Assembly: GCA_017619335.1 (NCBI GenBank)
Contig: JAFZSP010000078.1
Coordinates: forward strand, 26 to 64,025
Length of the DNA stretch: 64,000 nucleotides
Source: Bacteroidaceae bacterium
GTDB taxonomy: Bacteria > Bacteroidota > Bacteroidia > Bacteroidales > Bacteroidaceae
Direction: 5' to 3'
A model generated the notes under the pieces. The model was not told the origin of the DNA. It made no database searches and saw only the letters and a program-made list of their open reading frames with translations. Position numbers and translations under genes: made by a program. Below, in pieces: positions 25,226-36,091 of the stretch (position 1 is the first letter of the stretch; each line of letters opens with the position of its first letter).

Positions 25226-28060
25226 ATGAAACTCAAACAAATTCTTACAGCCTTTGCCCTCGCCTGCACCACTTTTCAGGCCTCGGCACAGATGGATCAA
25301 ATGATGCAACCCCTTCCCGTTGACCCAAAGGTGAAGGTGGGACATTTAGACAATGGACTGACGTATTACATCCGTCACAACGAAGAACCCAAGAACCAGG
25401 CTTTCTTCTACATCGCACAGAAAGTAGGTTCTGTTCAGGAAGAAGAGAGCCAGCGCGGCTTGGCCCACTTCCTGGAGCACATGTGCTTCAACGGCACCAA
25501 GCACTTCCCCGACAGCACCCTCATCGAGTACTTGGAGAGCATCGGCGTGAAGTTCGGCGCCCAGCTCAATGCCTACACCGCCGTGGAGGAGACTGTTTAC
25601 AATATAGATAATGTACCCGCACGCGAGGGCGCCATTGACTCCTGCCTGCTCATCCTGCATGACTGGAGCAACGCCCTGACCCTGGACGGGAAGGAAATCG
25701 ACAAGGAACGCGGTGTTATCCATCAGGAATGGCGCATGCGCAATGTGGGTTTAACCCGCATCCTGGTGCGCAACTTAGAGAAACTTATGCCTGGTCGCTT
25801 CGGTCGCCGCTTTCCCATCGGACTGATGGAAGTGGTGGATAACTTCCCACACGACACCCTGCGCGCCTACTATCAGAAGTGGTATCGTCCTGACCTTCAA
25901 GGCATCGTCGTCGTGGGTGACGTGGATGTGGATCAGATTGAAGGCAAAATCAAGAATCTCTTCGGTCCCATCACAGTGCAGCAGCCTGTGGCCAAGCGTG
26001 AATATTATGATGTGCCTGACAATACAGAGGCCATCGTTGTGAGCGACAAAGACCCCGAAGTGACTCAGCAGGTGGTGATGATCAACATGAAGCACGAAGC
26101 CGTTCCTGACAGCATCCGTAATACGGTCGCAGTCTATATCTCTGAATGTATCAAAGGCATCGCGCTCAACGTCTTGAACCAGCGATTGGAAGAACTCTCG
26201 TTGAAGGCTGACTGCCCCTTCATCGGTGCAGAAGTGAGCGATGGTGCTTTCCTGCTCTCTTCCAAGATTACGGGTGCCTTCAACATCGAAATAGCCCCCA
26301 AGGAAGGCCGCGTGGAAGAAGCTGTAAAGGCAGTAATGGAAGAGGTCTATCGTGCACAACAATTTGGACTCACCAAAGGCGAAGTCGATCGTGCAGTTCT
26401 CAATCGCCTCTCTGGAATGGAACAACTCTACAACAACCGCGAGAAGCAGAAGAGCATCGCTTATGCCCGCGAATACTATCGTTCCTTCCTCAACAACGAA
26501 CCCATTCCTGGTATAGAGATGGAATATGAAATAATAAAGAACCTTTTACCGCAGATTCCGTCCCAAGCCTACGACATGCTCATAAAGGAGTACATTACCA
26601 GCACAGACACCAACCTCGTCGTTCTCTCCCTCAATCCCGAGAAGGAAGGTCTCGAAATACCCACAGAACAGCAGCTCCTCGATGCCATTCATGCCGCCCA
26701 GAGCGCACAACTCACTGCCTGGGTGGATAACGTGAAGACAGGTCCTCTGATTGAGAACCTTCCCAAACCCGGTAAAGTCAAAAAGGAAAAGGATGGTCCC
26801 TTTGAATCCAAGATACTCACTCTTTCCAACGGCGTCCGCGTCATTATGAAACAGACTGATTTCAAGGACGATGAAATCCGTATGGCTGCTTGGAGTGATG
26901 GTGGTATGGGACGCTATCCAGACAGCGAACGAATCAACCTCGAAGCCTTTGACGGCGTGATGGGCATGTCCAAAATCGGTGGCTTCAGCAATACCGAACT
27001 GCAAAAGGCACTGGCTGGCAAGAACGTCAGGAGCAGCGCAAACGTTGAAGACCGTGAGGAGAATTTCTCCGGTTTCAGCTCCAAGAAAGACATTCAGACC
27101 CTCTTCGAACTCATCTACATGACTTTCCAACCCCGCGAAAAGGACGAAGAAGCTGTGGCATCCTACCTGCAGAGTATGCGTGAAAATCTCCGTAACAAAG
27201 CACTCAATCCCACTGCCAGCCTCAGTGACAGTATTCAGACCACCCTCTATGGTCATCACCCACGTATCACTCCGCTGACAGAAGCAGACGTGGATAAAGT
27301 GGATTATGATCGTATCATGCAGATGTGGGCAGAGCGTTTTGCCGATGCCAGCGACTTCACTTTCCTCTTCATTGGTAACATTGATGAGCAACAGATTCGT
27401 GACCTCTCCGCACAGTATCTGGCTACGCTTCCAAGAGTAAAACGTAATGACAAGCCAGTGGATACGGGAGTGAAATTTGCCACTGGACAACAAACCAATC
27501 ATTTCCAGAAGAAGATGCAGACGCCTCAGAGCTTCATTGTCTGCGCCTGGACTGGTGACACAGAAATGACTGTCCGAAACAATGTTCTCATGAGTATTCT
27601 TGGTCAAAGTATGGGAGAAATCATACTGAAGAAGGTACGTGAAGAATTAGGAGCTGCCTATAGCCCCCAAGCCCAAGGTAACATCACCCGTGGCAGTGAT
27701 GACCGTCCACGTTACGTCCTCTCCGCAGCCTTCCCCTTGAAGCCTGAATTGACAGACACCTGTCTGCAAATTGTACAAGATATATTTGATGATATCTGTG
27801 AGAATGGCATCAGTGAGGAAAGTCTCACCAAAGCCAAGGAATACATGCTCAAGACATTCAAGCAGAATCAACGGGAGAACGGCTTCTGGATGAACCGCAT
27901 TGCCAACGTTGATCGTCGTAATTATGACCCTGCCAAAGACTACGAGGAAATAGTTTCATCTATCACCACAGACAATGTGCGCCAAATGGCTATCACCATT
28001 AAAGCCGATGGTAACCGCATCCAAGTAATCATGGAACCCACGCCGGACAGTGAACAATAA
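25226..28060 (+). CDS. M16-family (pitrilysin/insulinase) zinc peptidase, double-length
   Basis: Signal peptide. Inverted zinc motif HFLEHMCFNGT (HxxEH). 944 aa with a second inactive M16 half. Confidence 0.88.
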   Translation: MKLKQILTAFALACTTFQASAQMDQMMQPLPVDPKVKVGHLDNGLTYYIRHNEEPKNQAFFYIAQKVGSVQEEESQRGLAHFLEHMCFNGTKHFPDSTLIEYLESIGVKFGAQLNAYTAVEETVYNIDNVPAREGAIDSCLLILHDWSNALTLDGKEIDKERGVIHQEWRMRNVGLTRILVRNLEKLMPGRFGRRFPIGLMEVVDNFPHDTLRAYYQKWYRPDLQGIVVVGDVDVDQIEGKIKNLFGPITVQQPVAKREYYDVPDNTEAIVVSDKDPEVTQQVVMINMKHEAVPDSIRNTVAVYISECIKGIALNVLNQRLEELSLKADCPFIGAEVSDGAFLLSSKITGAFNIEIAPKEGRVEEAVKAVMEEVYRAQQFGLTKGEVDRAVLNRLSGMEQLYNNREKQKSIAYAREYYRSFLNNEPIPGIEMEYEIIKNLLPQIPSQAYDMLIKEYITSTDTNLVVLSLNPEKEGLEIPTEQQLLDAIHAAQSAQLTAWVDNVKTGPLIENLPKPGKVKKEKDGPFESKILTLSNGVRVIMKQTDFKDDEIRMAAWSDGGMGRYPDSERINLEAFDGVMGMSKIGGFSNTELQKALAGKNVRSSANVEDREENFSGFSSKKDIQTLFELIYMTFQPREKDEEAVASYLQSMRENLRNKALNPTASLSDSIQTTLYGHHPRITPLTEADVDKVDYDRIMQMWAERFADASDFTFLFIGNIDEQQIRDLSAQYLATLPRVKRNDKPVDTGVKFATGQQTNHFQKKMQTPQSFIVCAWTGDTEMTVRNNVLMSILGQSMGEIILKKVREELGAAYSPQAQGNITRGSDDRPRYVLSAAFPLKPELTDTCLQIVQDIFDDICENGISEESLTKAKEYMLKTFKQNQRENGFWMNRIANVDRRNYDPAKDYEEIVSSITTDNVRQMAITIKADGNRIQVIMEPTPDSEQ

Positions 28061-28088
28061 CGCCGATTAGAATAAAGTCTTGATTATT

Positions 28089-28119
28089 AAACCCCGAAGG
28101 GCGGCCCCTTTCGGGGTTT
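28089..28119. terminator. Bidirectional stem-loop between convergent genes
   Basis: aaaccccgaaggg-cggc-ccctttcggggttt. The stem is about 12 bp and is flanked by A/T runs. Confidence 0.7.
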
Positions 28120-28798
28120 AATACTTATGAATCTGAAAGGCGGTGAGGCGAATGTAACTCCAAGTGGTGCGGAAAGCGAACCAGCCACGGAGTAGTGAAG
28201 AAGGATCCTTGTAATCCACGAGACATTCATTATCTATGAAATAACGGGTATTTCCATCTGAAAGGACTTCTATACGAACTTCATACCAATGATTGGGACG
28301 AAGCAGGTGGGCACTGTCTGTATATTCTTTCAGGATAGCTGGACGCCTGGTCTCATCGGTAATGGCCAAAGTATCACCATTATAACGACGAAAACGCGTC
28401 GTGGAATTATAATTGCCTCCAAAGCCGAGATAATAACATTGCAGCCGATAACTCTCTACAAAGCGGCCTGCACGACTGCTGATACCACGAAGGGGAGATT
28501 CGGCCTCCTTATTAGACGTTACAGGTTCACTGGCCATCCAGAAGCAATTGAGGTCTGATAGGCGATCACATGGTCCTCCATTCATCACCACACAGGCTCG
28601 ATAGGTGATTACACAAGGCGCCGCCAGAGGCTGGTCCCACCACAGTGACAATCCTTTCGGAGAAGTAATATCCAACGTATCATTACGCAGTAATACGCGC
28701 GTTAAAGGAGATTCTGCCTCTATCAGCCAATGAGTGGATTGGCCCGCTGCGTTCACACACGAACCTATAACCATTATCAAAACAAAAACTCTATTCAT
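28118..28798 (-). CDS. Secreted hypothetical protein (possibly a concanavalin-like jelly-roll, DUF1961-like)
   Basis: 226-aa ORF with a signal peptide. The family guess is from memory and weak. Confidence 0.4.
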   Translation of the reverse strand: MNRVFVLIMVIGSCVNAAGQSTHWLIEAESPLTRVLLRNDTLDITSPKGLSLWWDQPLAAPCVITYRACVVMNGGPCDRLSDLNCFWMASEPVTSNKEAESPLRGISSRAGRFVESYRLQCYYLGFGGNYNSTTRFRRYNGDTLAITDETRRPAILKEYTDSAHLLRPNHWYEVRIEVLSDGNTRYFIDNECLVDYKDPSSLLRGWFAFRTTWSYIRLTAFQIHKY

Positions 28799-28935
28799 CG
28801 TTATTCATTCGTCATTTACAATAGTTTCTTTCAGTTATTTTCACTGCAAAAATAGTTTTTAATTCTTAAATTCCACCATTTTTAACTGTTAAAGATACGT
28901 ATTCAGCCATTATTTATGTAATTTTGCGGCCGAAA

Positions 28936-29583
28936 ATGAAACGATTGTGGTTTCTTTGGTGCTTGATGCTTTCTTCTGTGACACAAATTTGTGCACAAGA
29001 AACCTTTGATTTTCCTGCAGACAGTTTATTAGAAGCAGGAAGAGATTCTTCGTTGATTAATTTACAGTATTATCGTTCCAAGGATCCCGTGTTGGTGGAT
29101 GGAGAATGGATATATGACTATTACATGCCGGAACTGCCTGTGTATAAACCTTGGGTATTCAAAAGTGTGAAACAGCGCCGTCAGTTTGATCGTATGGTAT
29201 ATAATGTAAAAAAAGTTTTGCCGCTGGCCAAGCGCGTGAATCTAATGCTCACAGAGACTTATGAGACACTGGAGACACTGCCCGACAAAAAAGCCAAGGA
29301 TGCTCACATCAAACAGGTGGAGAAGGATATCAAAGCCCAATATACACCCATCATGAAGAAACTGACCTTTTCACAAGGTAAGCTGCTTATTAAGTTGGTG
29401 GATAGGGAGTGTAATCAGCAGGCTTACGACATCGTACAGGCTTTCTTGGGCCCTGCACGAGCCACCTTCTATCAGATTTTTGCCTGGACCTTCAAAGCCA
29501 GCCTCAAGAAGAAATATGACCCACAAGGTGAGGATGCACAAATAGAGCGCATTGTGCGGCAGATAGAAACGGGACAGCTGTAG
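28936..29583 (+). CDS. Secreted hypothetical protein (DUF4294-like)
   Basis: Start placed at MKRLWFLWCLMLSS (signal peptide). A -7 box TAATTTTG lies at 28919-28926. The family name is from memory. Confidence 0.5.
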   Translation: MKRLWFLWCLMLSSVTQICAQETFDFPADSLLEAGRDSSLINLQYYRSKDPVLVDGEWIYDYYMPELPVYKPWVFKSVKQRRQFDRMVYNVKKVLPLAKRVNLMLTETYETLETLPDKKAKDAHIKQVEKDIKAQYTPIMKKLTFSQGKLLIKLVDRECNQQAYDIVQAFLGPARATFYQIFAWTFKASLKKKYDPQGEDAQIERIVRQIETGQL

Positions 29584-29602
29584 GGGAGATAGAGTTTAAA
29601 GG

Positions 29603-30142
29603 TTAGAGGTTAGAGATTTTTTGCCAAAAATCATAGATGATGATGCCAGCAGTGACACTTACATTCATGGAATGTTTGGTGCCGAATTGTGGAATTTCTA
29701 TGCAACCATCACAAGCATCCACCACAGCTTGTTGCACACCTTTCACTTCATTGCCCAAGAAAACAGCATATTTCTGACTACATTCAGGTTGAAAGTCGGG
29801 AAGCATTGTGCTGCCTTCGCACTGTTCAATGGCAAAAAGTTGGTAACCTTCACCACGCAACCATTTCACTGCTTCCAAGGTGTCCTTGAAATGCCACCAT
29901 GTAACACTGTCTTCAGCTCCCAAGGCCGTCTTGTGAATCTCTGAATTGGGCGGAATGGCCGTAATACCACAAAGAACAACACCTTCTATGCGAAAAGCAT
30001 CACCAGTTCGGAATACAGACCCTACATTATACAGTGAACGGACACCATCCAACACCACTATCAACGGCAACTTTTCTGACTCATGGAATTGCTCCACAGT
30101 CATACGATTCATTTCCGTAACTTTTAGCTTCCGGTAGAGCAT
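29603..30142 (-). CDS. TrmH/SpoU-family RNA 2'-O-methyltransferase
   Basis: SpoU motifs LDGVRSLYNVGSVFRT, LGNEVKGV and IPQFGTKHSMNVSVTAGI. Confidence 0.8.
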   Translation of the reverse strand: MLYRKLKVTEMNRMTVEQFHESEKLPLIVVLDGVRSLYNVGSVFRTGDAFRIEGVVLCGITAIPPNSEIHKTALGAEDSVTWWHFKDTLEAVKWLRGEGYQLFAIEQCEGSTMLPDFQPECSQKYAVFLGNEVKGVQQAVVDACDGCIEIPQFGTKHSMNVSVTAGIIIYDFWQKISNL

Positions 30143-30162
30143 AAAAGAAGTTTTTATGAAAA

Positions 30163-31179
30163 CTAAATACCCAATTTTTCGGAGATTTCCAGCATCCTCT
30201 GAATGGGGAGAATGGCTTTCTCTGCAATGTCCTGCGGCACCGTCACCACAGGCTGCTCGTCCAGCAGACAGCGATATAGTTTTTCCAGCGTAACCATCTT
30301 CATGTACTCACATTCATTGCAGGCACAGGTTCTGCTGCCAGACTCGTCCATTACGTCCTCTGGAGGCGCAGGAATGAAGGTTTTCTCGGGTGCTTTCTTC
30401 TGCATCTCATGTAGGATGCCGCTCTCTGTGGCAACGATAAACTCTGTGGCTTCATCGGCAATGGCGAACTTAAGGAGGGCTGCTGTGCTGCCAACTTTGT
30501 CTGCCAACTTCACCACTGGGCCTTTGCACTCGGGATGAACCAGCACCTTGGCACCAGGATGAGCTGCTTTCAGTTCCAAGATTTTCTCCACACTGAAACG
30601 GGCGTGAACGTGACAAGCACCGTTCCAGAGTAGCATCTGACGACCCGTGATGGAATTGATGTAATTACCCAAATTCTGGTCGGGACCAAATATAATAGGT
30701 GTATCCTCAGGCAATGACTCTACGATCTGGCGGGCATTGCTGCTGGTGACCACTACGTCTGTCACTGCTTTAGTGGCAGCAGTGGTATTCACATAACTCA
30801 CCACTGTGTAACCGGGATGTTCCTTCACAAACGCAGCAAAGGCATCTGCCGGACAGCTCTCTGCCAACGAGCACGTGGCCTCTTTATCGGGCACCAGCAC
30901 CTTCTTGTCTGGACAGAGAATGGCTGCCGTTTCTCCCATGAAATGTACGCCACAGAGCACAATGATTGCTGCATCTGTCTTGGCGGCCTGCTGTGCCAAC
31001 GCCAGACTGTCACCAATGAAATCTGCAATATCCTGTACTTCGCCATCCACATAATAATGTGCCATGATGACGGCATTCTTTTCCTTTGCCAGCCGACGAA
31101 TCTCGGCTTTGAGTTCTTCGTGAGTTTTCGACATCATATTATTAATTTGTTTATTTCTTTTTTGAAAAGAGAAAGTCAA
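30163..31179 (-). CDS. nadA: Quinolinate synthase
   Basis: NadA-like throughout (HYY..EVQDIADFIGDSL, three-domain repeat). The true start may be the ATG at 31137 or 31134 (MMSKTHEEL). Confidence 0.88.
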   Translation of the reverse strand: MTFSFQKRNKQINNMMSKTHEELKAEIRRLAKEKNAVIMAHYYVDGEVQDIADFIGDSLALAQQAAKTDAAIIVLCGVHFMGETAAILCPDKKVLVPDKEATCSLAESCPADAFAAFVKEHPGYTVVSYVNTTAATKAVTDVVVTSSNARQIVESLPEDTPIIFGPDQNLGNYINSITGRQMLLWNGACHVHARFSVEKILELKAAHPGAKVLVHPECKGPVVKLADKVGSTAALLKFAIADEATEFIVATESGILHEMQKKAPEKTFIPAPPEDVMDESGSRTCACNECEYMKMVTLEKLYRCLLDEQPVVTVPQDIAEKAILPIQRMLEISEKLGI

Positions 31180-31377
31180 TAATGATGATTATAGGCTGTT
31201 CATTCTGTCAATAACTTTGCAAAGGTAACGTTTTTCAGTTAAATAGGTTGTCAATAACCCTAAAAAAATCTGTTGAAAACTCTTTTTTAAGTATTCATTA
31301 ACTTAATAACTACTTTGAACGTAACTTTTTTCAACATTTTTGTGAAGATATCGACAATTTTTTATACTTTTGTCGCC

Positions 31378-31953
31378 GTGAAACGAACAAGTGTCATAGA
31401 AATACCTATTGGCGTGCATCGTGTTTTGCTTCATGCTTGCTGTGCACCTTGTTCCAGTGCCATCGTGGAATGGATGCTGGACCATGAGGTGCAGCCTGTC
31501 ATATACTATTATAATCCTAATATTTTTCCACAGGAAGAATATGAAATCCGCAAGGCGGAAAGTAAACGTCATGCAGAGAGTTTAGGTATTCAGTGGATTG
31601 ATGATGACTGGAATCATGAAGGTTGGCTCTGTGGTGTACAGGGTTTGGAAGGTGAACCTGAAAGAGGGAGCCGTTGTGAACGTTGCTTTGAACTTCGTCT
31701 GACAGCCACTGCACTTAAAGCAGTGGAATTGGGAATCAATTGGTTCACCACCACACTTGCTTCTTCACGCTGGAAACGTCTTGACCAGATAGAACGAGCT
31801 GGTTTGGTTGCTGAAACTGCTGTGCCAGGTTCTCATTTTTGGGCACAGAATTGGAGAAAGGGTGGTTTGCAGGAACGCAGAAACCAACTTCTGAAAGAAT
31901 TTGGCTTTTATAATCAACTGTATTGTGGATGTGAGTTCAGCCAGAGGTTTTAG
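31378..31953 (+). CDS. queH: Epoxyqueuosine reductase QueH (DUF208)
   Basis: LLHACCAPCSS ... YNPNIFPQEEY ... CGCEFS are the Cys motifs typical of QueH. The start is uncertain (GTG at 31378 or GTG at 31414), and a TACTTTTG box lies at 31366-31373. Confidence 0.75.
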   Translation: MKRTSVIEIPIGVHRVLLHACCAPCSSAIVEWMLDHEVQPVIYYYNPNIFPQEEYEIRKAESKRHAESLGIQWIDDDWNHEGWLCGVQGLEGEPERGSRCERCFELRLTATALKAVELGINWFTTTLASSRWKRLDQIERAGLVAETAVPGSHFWAQNWRKGGLQERRNQLLKEFGFYNQLYCGCEFSQRF

Positions 31954-32606
31954 TCGAAGACGCGGAACTCGTAGCCTTGAGCAATGAGCCATTCGAGGGC
32001 TGCTGGCAAGATTTTGTGGAGTTTTTCGATGCTGCGGAGGCTGTCGTGGAAGGTGATGATGGAGCCGTTGCGTGTGTAACGTTTCACATTTTCCAGGACT
32101 TCTTCTGCAGTGAGCCATTTGCTGTAGTCGCGGGTGACGACGTCCCACATGATGATGCGGTATTTCTTGCGGCGAATCACTTGGTACTGCAAAGGACGCA
32201 TCCAACCGTGAGGCGGGCGGAAAAGTTCTCCCTCTCCTAACTTTTCTGGCGTATATGGGCGCTGAAGCATGTTCTCTATCAATTCCTGTGCTTTCTTCGT
32301 GTTTCGCAAATAGTTTCTGGACAGCCAGCGGAAACCTCCGATGTGGTTGAAGGTGTGATTGCCGATGCGGTGTCCTGCTGCCACCACCTGACGGAACACC
32401 TCGGGATATTTGCGAACGTTGTCGCCCACGACGAAGAAGGTGGCTCGGATGCCGTAGCGAGCCAGCGTTTCCAACACAAAAGGCGTGGCCTCCGGGATGG
32501 GTCCGTCATCGAAGGTCAGATAGACGGCCTTCACTGACGGATCCATTCTCCAGGTGGCACGTGGATACATCCACCGCAGGAATCGTGCTGGTTGTTCTAT
32601 GAACAT
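31950..32606 (-). CDS. Polysaccharide deacetylase (NodB homology domain)
   Basis: Motifs LTFDDGP and GNHTFNH. 218 aa. Confidence 0.85.
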   Translation of the reverse strand: MFIEQPARFLRWMYPRATWRMDPSVKAVYLTFDDGPIPEATPFVLETLARYGIRATFFVVGDNVRKYPEVFRQVVAAGHRIGNHTFNHIGGFRWLSRNYLRNTKKAQELIENMLQRPYTPEKLGEGELFRPPHGWMRPLQYQVIRRKKYRIIMWDVVTRDYSKWLTAEEVLENVKRYTRNGSIITFHDSLRSIEKLHKILPAALEWLIAQGYEFRVFD

Positions 32607-35600
32607 TAGTAGTTGGTCCTCTTCTGGAACTGGTCAAAGTAGTTGCGGAGGGCGAGGTCGAAGGTTTCGCTCTTCTTGGGGTCTGCTTCGTCCAGAATCT
32701 TCAGGGCGTTGGAGAGCTGCAGTAGGTAGTAGTAACACTCTTCAGCACTGGCCTGCAGACGGCTGTCGCTAAGACCCGTGTACCATTCACAGTACTCGCT
32801 GGCGTTCTGTGCCACAGCGGCGGCAATCTCGGCGGCTTTCTGCTTGTTACCCAACTGGAGCCACACTTGTGCCAACTGGTGGGAGTAGCCCTGATAATTG
32901 TGGGGAACGGTGGCGGACGGAATGGCTTCCTCGGCCTTCTCCACGACCTTCTGTGCCTTGTCCTTCTTGCCTTCTGCCATCAGCTGAGTGGCTAACTGTG
33001 CGAAGAGGCGACGGTGGGTGTAGCACATGCGGGTGACGGTCTCGTCCAGATAGATGTCGGGATTGTCAATGCCTCCGAACTTGAAGCGGTTCATGAGGTT
33101 GTCGTACATACGTTCAGTGTCAATACGCTTACCGCTCTGCTGCGTGTTGAAGGGCGTGATTCGGTTGGCCAGACCCTCCTGCACGAAGTTGTTGCCCAGG
33201 TTGCCGTAGTTGTCCTGACCCACGGTGATAGCTACGAACAGCGGGCGCTCCCAGTTGCAGCGGGCCAGCATCTCGTACATCATCATCTCGCTCTTATAGA
33301 CCGCGCGCTTGCCCTTCAAGCTGATGTGCATCACATCGGGGATGCTGTCGCCGGCCATCAACATTCCCGAACGTTTCACGGCTTCCTTGTCGATGGTGAT
33401 GACGAGGCTGTCGGTGGGGAATATCTGCATATCCTTGTTGTCGTTCAGGATCCACTTGTCAATGACGGTGGAGAGCTCGTAGGGGTTCTCGCCGAGGAGC
33501 TGTTTGGAGGTAATGGGGTCGTCCTTGTAGTACTCAATGGCTTGCTCCAGTGTTCCCGGACTGACGCGGATGCCCTCACGTGTGCCAGCCACATACTGGA
33601 TGCGTTTCCAGTGGATAGGCACGCTGGGAGAGTCGTAGGCCGGACGACGCATCTGGTCGATGTACCAGTCTGTCTGCAAGTAAGATAGGTTGCAGACGCG
33701 GGCATCGGTGCGCACGCCTTCGGTCTCCTGATTGTACCAGAGCGGGAAGGTGTCATTGTCGCCGTTGGTGAAGATGATGGGGTTGCCCTCCTGAGGCAGG
33801 CTCTGCAGATAGTTCTGTCCGAAGTCGCGGCAGGTGTAGCGTCCACTGCGGTCGTGGTCGTCCCAGGTCTGTGACACCATCTGCATGGGCACCAGCAGAC
33901 AGATGAGGGACACGATGGCACCCAGCATGGCCTTGCCTGTCTTGCGCTCTAAGAAATCGGCGATGGCGGCGGCGCCCAGTCCAATCCAGATGGCGAATGC
34001 ATAGAAGGAACCCGCGTAGGCGTAGTCACGTTCACGAGGCTGCATGGGGGTCTGATTCAGGTAGAAGACGATGGCCAGACCTGTCATGAAGAAGAGGAAG
34101 AACACCACCCAGAACTGCTTGACACCAATGGGGTCGTCACCTCTCTGTTTCCACGCTTGCCAGCAGAGTCCCAAGAGTCCCAGCAGCAGGGGCAGGCAGA
34201 AGAATACGTTGCGGCCTTTGTTCTCACGCAGCTCGGAGGGCAGACGACTTTGGTCACCCAAGCGCATATTATCCAGGAAAGGAATGCCTGTGAGCCAGTT
34301 GCCGTGCTCCAGTTCTCCATTGCCTTGAATGTCGTTCTGGCGGCCGGCAAAGTTCCACATGAAGTAGCGCCAGTACATGAAGTTGACCTGATAGGAGAGG
34401 AAGAAACGGATGTTCTCCAACTGTGTGGGCATCTTCACCATAATGGGTTCTCCACATCTGTCGTAGGGCACTTGATAACCTTTGACGCCGCCCAACCAGC
34501 TCTCGTAGGCCGAGACGTGCTCTGAGCGGTCGCTGTACATGCGGGGGAAGAGCATGTTCTGAGCGTAGATATATTCGAGGTCATAACGCTGGATTTCATA
34601 GCGGTCGGGCTCGTCGGGAGAGGCTTTCTCCTTGCGCTGATAGACAGGAGCACCTTCCTTGGAGACGGGCACGCAGTAGCCGCCTTCGGCCTTCAGCTTC
34701 ACTTGGGAAGTATAGGCCTGACCGTAGAACAGCGGACGTGAGCCATACTGTTCGCGATTCAGGTAGGTGCCCAGTGTGAAGATGTCCTCTGGCGAGTTCT
34801 GATCCATGGGCGTGTTGGCGGTGGAACGAATGACGATGAGGGCGTAGCTGGAGTAGCCAATCATGATCATCAGCATGCACAGCAGCGAGGTGTTCATCAG
34901 GCGGACAGAAACCAGCAGCTTGCCCTCGCGCTTCCATTGCAGCAGACCGTAGAGGGCTGCCAGGATTACCAAACCAATGAGGATGCTGCTCAGACCATAG
35001 CCGTAGAAAGGAATACCCAGCATGGCCACAGCCACCAGATAGGCAATGTTCATGCGCAGGCGGTTCTTCTCTGTAATGGTTTCCCAGATGGCCCACAGCA
35101 CCACCGTGATGAGCAGGATGATATAGACGATGAGGCCGCTGTTGAACGGCAGGCTCAGCGTGTTCACGAACAGCAGTTCAAACCAGCCGCCCACTTTCAC
35201 GATGCCCGGTACAATGCCATAGAGCACAGCCGCCACCAGCACGAAGCTGCCCAAGAGCGCATAGATGCTGCCCTTCAGGGTGGCATTGCTGGAGCGCTTG
35301 TAATAATAAATAAGTACGAGCGCGGGCAGGCACAGCAGGTTTAGCAGGTGAACGCCGATGGAGAGTCCCGTCAGGTAGGCGATGAGCACCAGCCAGCGAT
35401 CTGAGTGTGGCTTGTCGGCATTGTCTTCCCACTTGAGCATCAGCCAGAAGACCACCGCAGTGAACAGCGAACTGTAGGCATAAACTTCGCCTTCCACAGC
35501 CGAGTACCAGAAGGTGTCACTCCAGCAGTAGGCCAGAGCGCCTGTCATGGCGGCTCCTTCCACAGCGATGAGCTGGGCAGGTGTCTGCACCCAGCCGTTC

Positions 35601-35920
35601 GCACAGATGAGTTTGCGAGTCAGGTGGGAGATGGTCCAGAAGAGGAACATGATGCAGGCAGCACTCAGCAGCGCGTTCATGATGTTCACCATCAGCGCCA
35701 CCTTGCTGACGTCGGAGGTCAGCTGGGTGAAGAGATTGCCGGTGAGCATGAAGAACGGTGCTCCTGGCGGGTGTCCCACTTCCAGCTTATGAGCGGTGGT
35801 GATGAACTCCGGGCAGTCCCAGAACGAGGCTGTGGGTTCCACTGTGGAGCAATAAGTGAAGGCCGCGATGGCAAATGCCAGCCAGCCTAACAGATTATCG
35901 ACCAGTCGAAATTGTTTCAT
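32606..35920 (-). CDS. Large polytopic membrane protein, DUF2723/TMEM260-like (GT-C-type glycosyltransferase fold suspected) with soluble C-terminal half
   Basis: 1104 aa with more than 10 predicted TM helices in the first ~650 aa and a helical-repeat-like C-terminus. The family name is from memory. Confidence 0.6.
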   Translation of the reverse strand: MKQFRLVDNLLGWLAFAIAAFTYCSTVEPTASFWDCPEFITTAHKLEVGHPPGAPFFMLTGNLFTQLTSDVSKVALMVNIMNALLSAACIMFLFWTISHLTRKLICANGWVQTPAQLIAVEGAAMTGALAYCWSDTFWYSAVEGEVYAYSSLFTAVVFWLMLKWEDNADKPHSDRWLVLIAYLTGLSIGVHLLNLLCLPALVLIYYYKRSSNATLKGSIYALLGSFVLVAAVLYGIVPGIVKVGGWFELLFVNTLSLPFNSGLIVYIILLITVVLWAIWETITEKNRLRMNIAYLVAVAMLGIPFYGYGLSSILIGLVILAALYGLLQWKREGKLLVSVRLMNTSLLCMLMIMIGYSSYALIVIRSTANTPMDQNSPEDIFTLGTYLNREQYGSRPLFYGQAYTSQVKLKAEGGYCVPVSKEGAPVYQRKEKASPDEPDRYEIQRYDLEYIYAQNMLFPRMYSDRSEHVSAYESWLGGVKGYQVPYDRCGEPIMVKMPTQLENIRFFLSYQVNFMYWRYFMWNFAGRQNDIQGNGELEHGNWLTGIPFLDNMRLGDQSRLPSELRENKGRNVFFCLPLLLGLLGLCWQAWKQRGDDPIGVKQFWVVFFLFFMTGLAIVFYLNQTPMQPRERDYAYAGSFYAFAIWIGLGAAAIADFLERKTGKAMLGAIVSLICLLVPMQMVSQTWDDHDRSGRYTCRDFGQNYLQSLPQEGNPIIFTNGDNDTFPLWYNQETEGVRTDARVCNLSYLQTDWYIDQMRRPAYDSPSVPIHWKRIQYVAGTREGIRVSPGTLEQAIEYYKDDPITSKQLLGENPYELSTVIDKWILNDNKDMQIFPTDSLVITIDKEAVKRSGMLMAGDSIPDVMHISLKGKRAVYKSEMMMYEMLARCNWERPLFVAITVGQDNYGNLGNNFVQEGLANRITPFNTQQSGKRIDTERMYDNLMNRFKFGGIDNPDIYLDETVTRMCYTHRRLFAQLATQLMAEGKKDKAQKVVEKAEEAIPSATVPHNYQGYSHQLAQVWLQLGNKQKAAEIAAAVAQNASEYCEWYTGLSDSRLQASAEECYYYLLQLSNALKILDEADPKKSETFDLALRNYFDQFQKRTNY

Positions 35921-36021
35921 AGGTAAAAGTCACGGCTCAGAGGCCGTCCATTTAATGTTTATTGTTAATGTTTGAATGTCAAAAATGCCGCTGATGCTTG
36001 CATTTTGCGCATAAGGCGGTG

Positions 36022-36029
36022 CAAAAGTA
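36022..36029 (-). promoter_or_regulatory. -7 promoter box TACTTTTG (minus strand)
   Basis: Plus-strand CAAAAGTA, about 100 nt upstream of the ATG at 35920. Confidence 0.4.
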
Positions 36030-36091
36030 GTCAAAAATGATGGAATAGACGAAGAAACAAGCAGAAACTTTCACTTTTCACTTTCCATTTA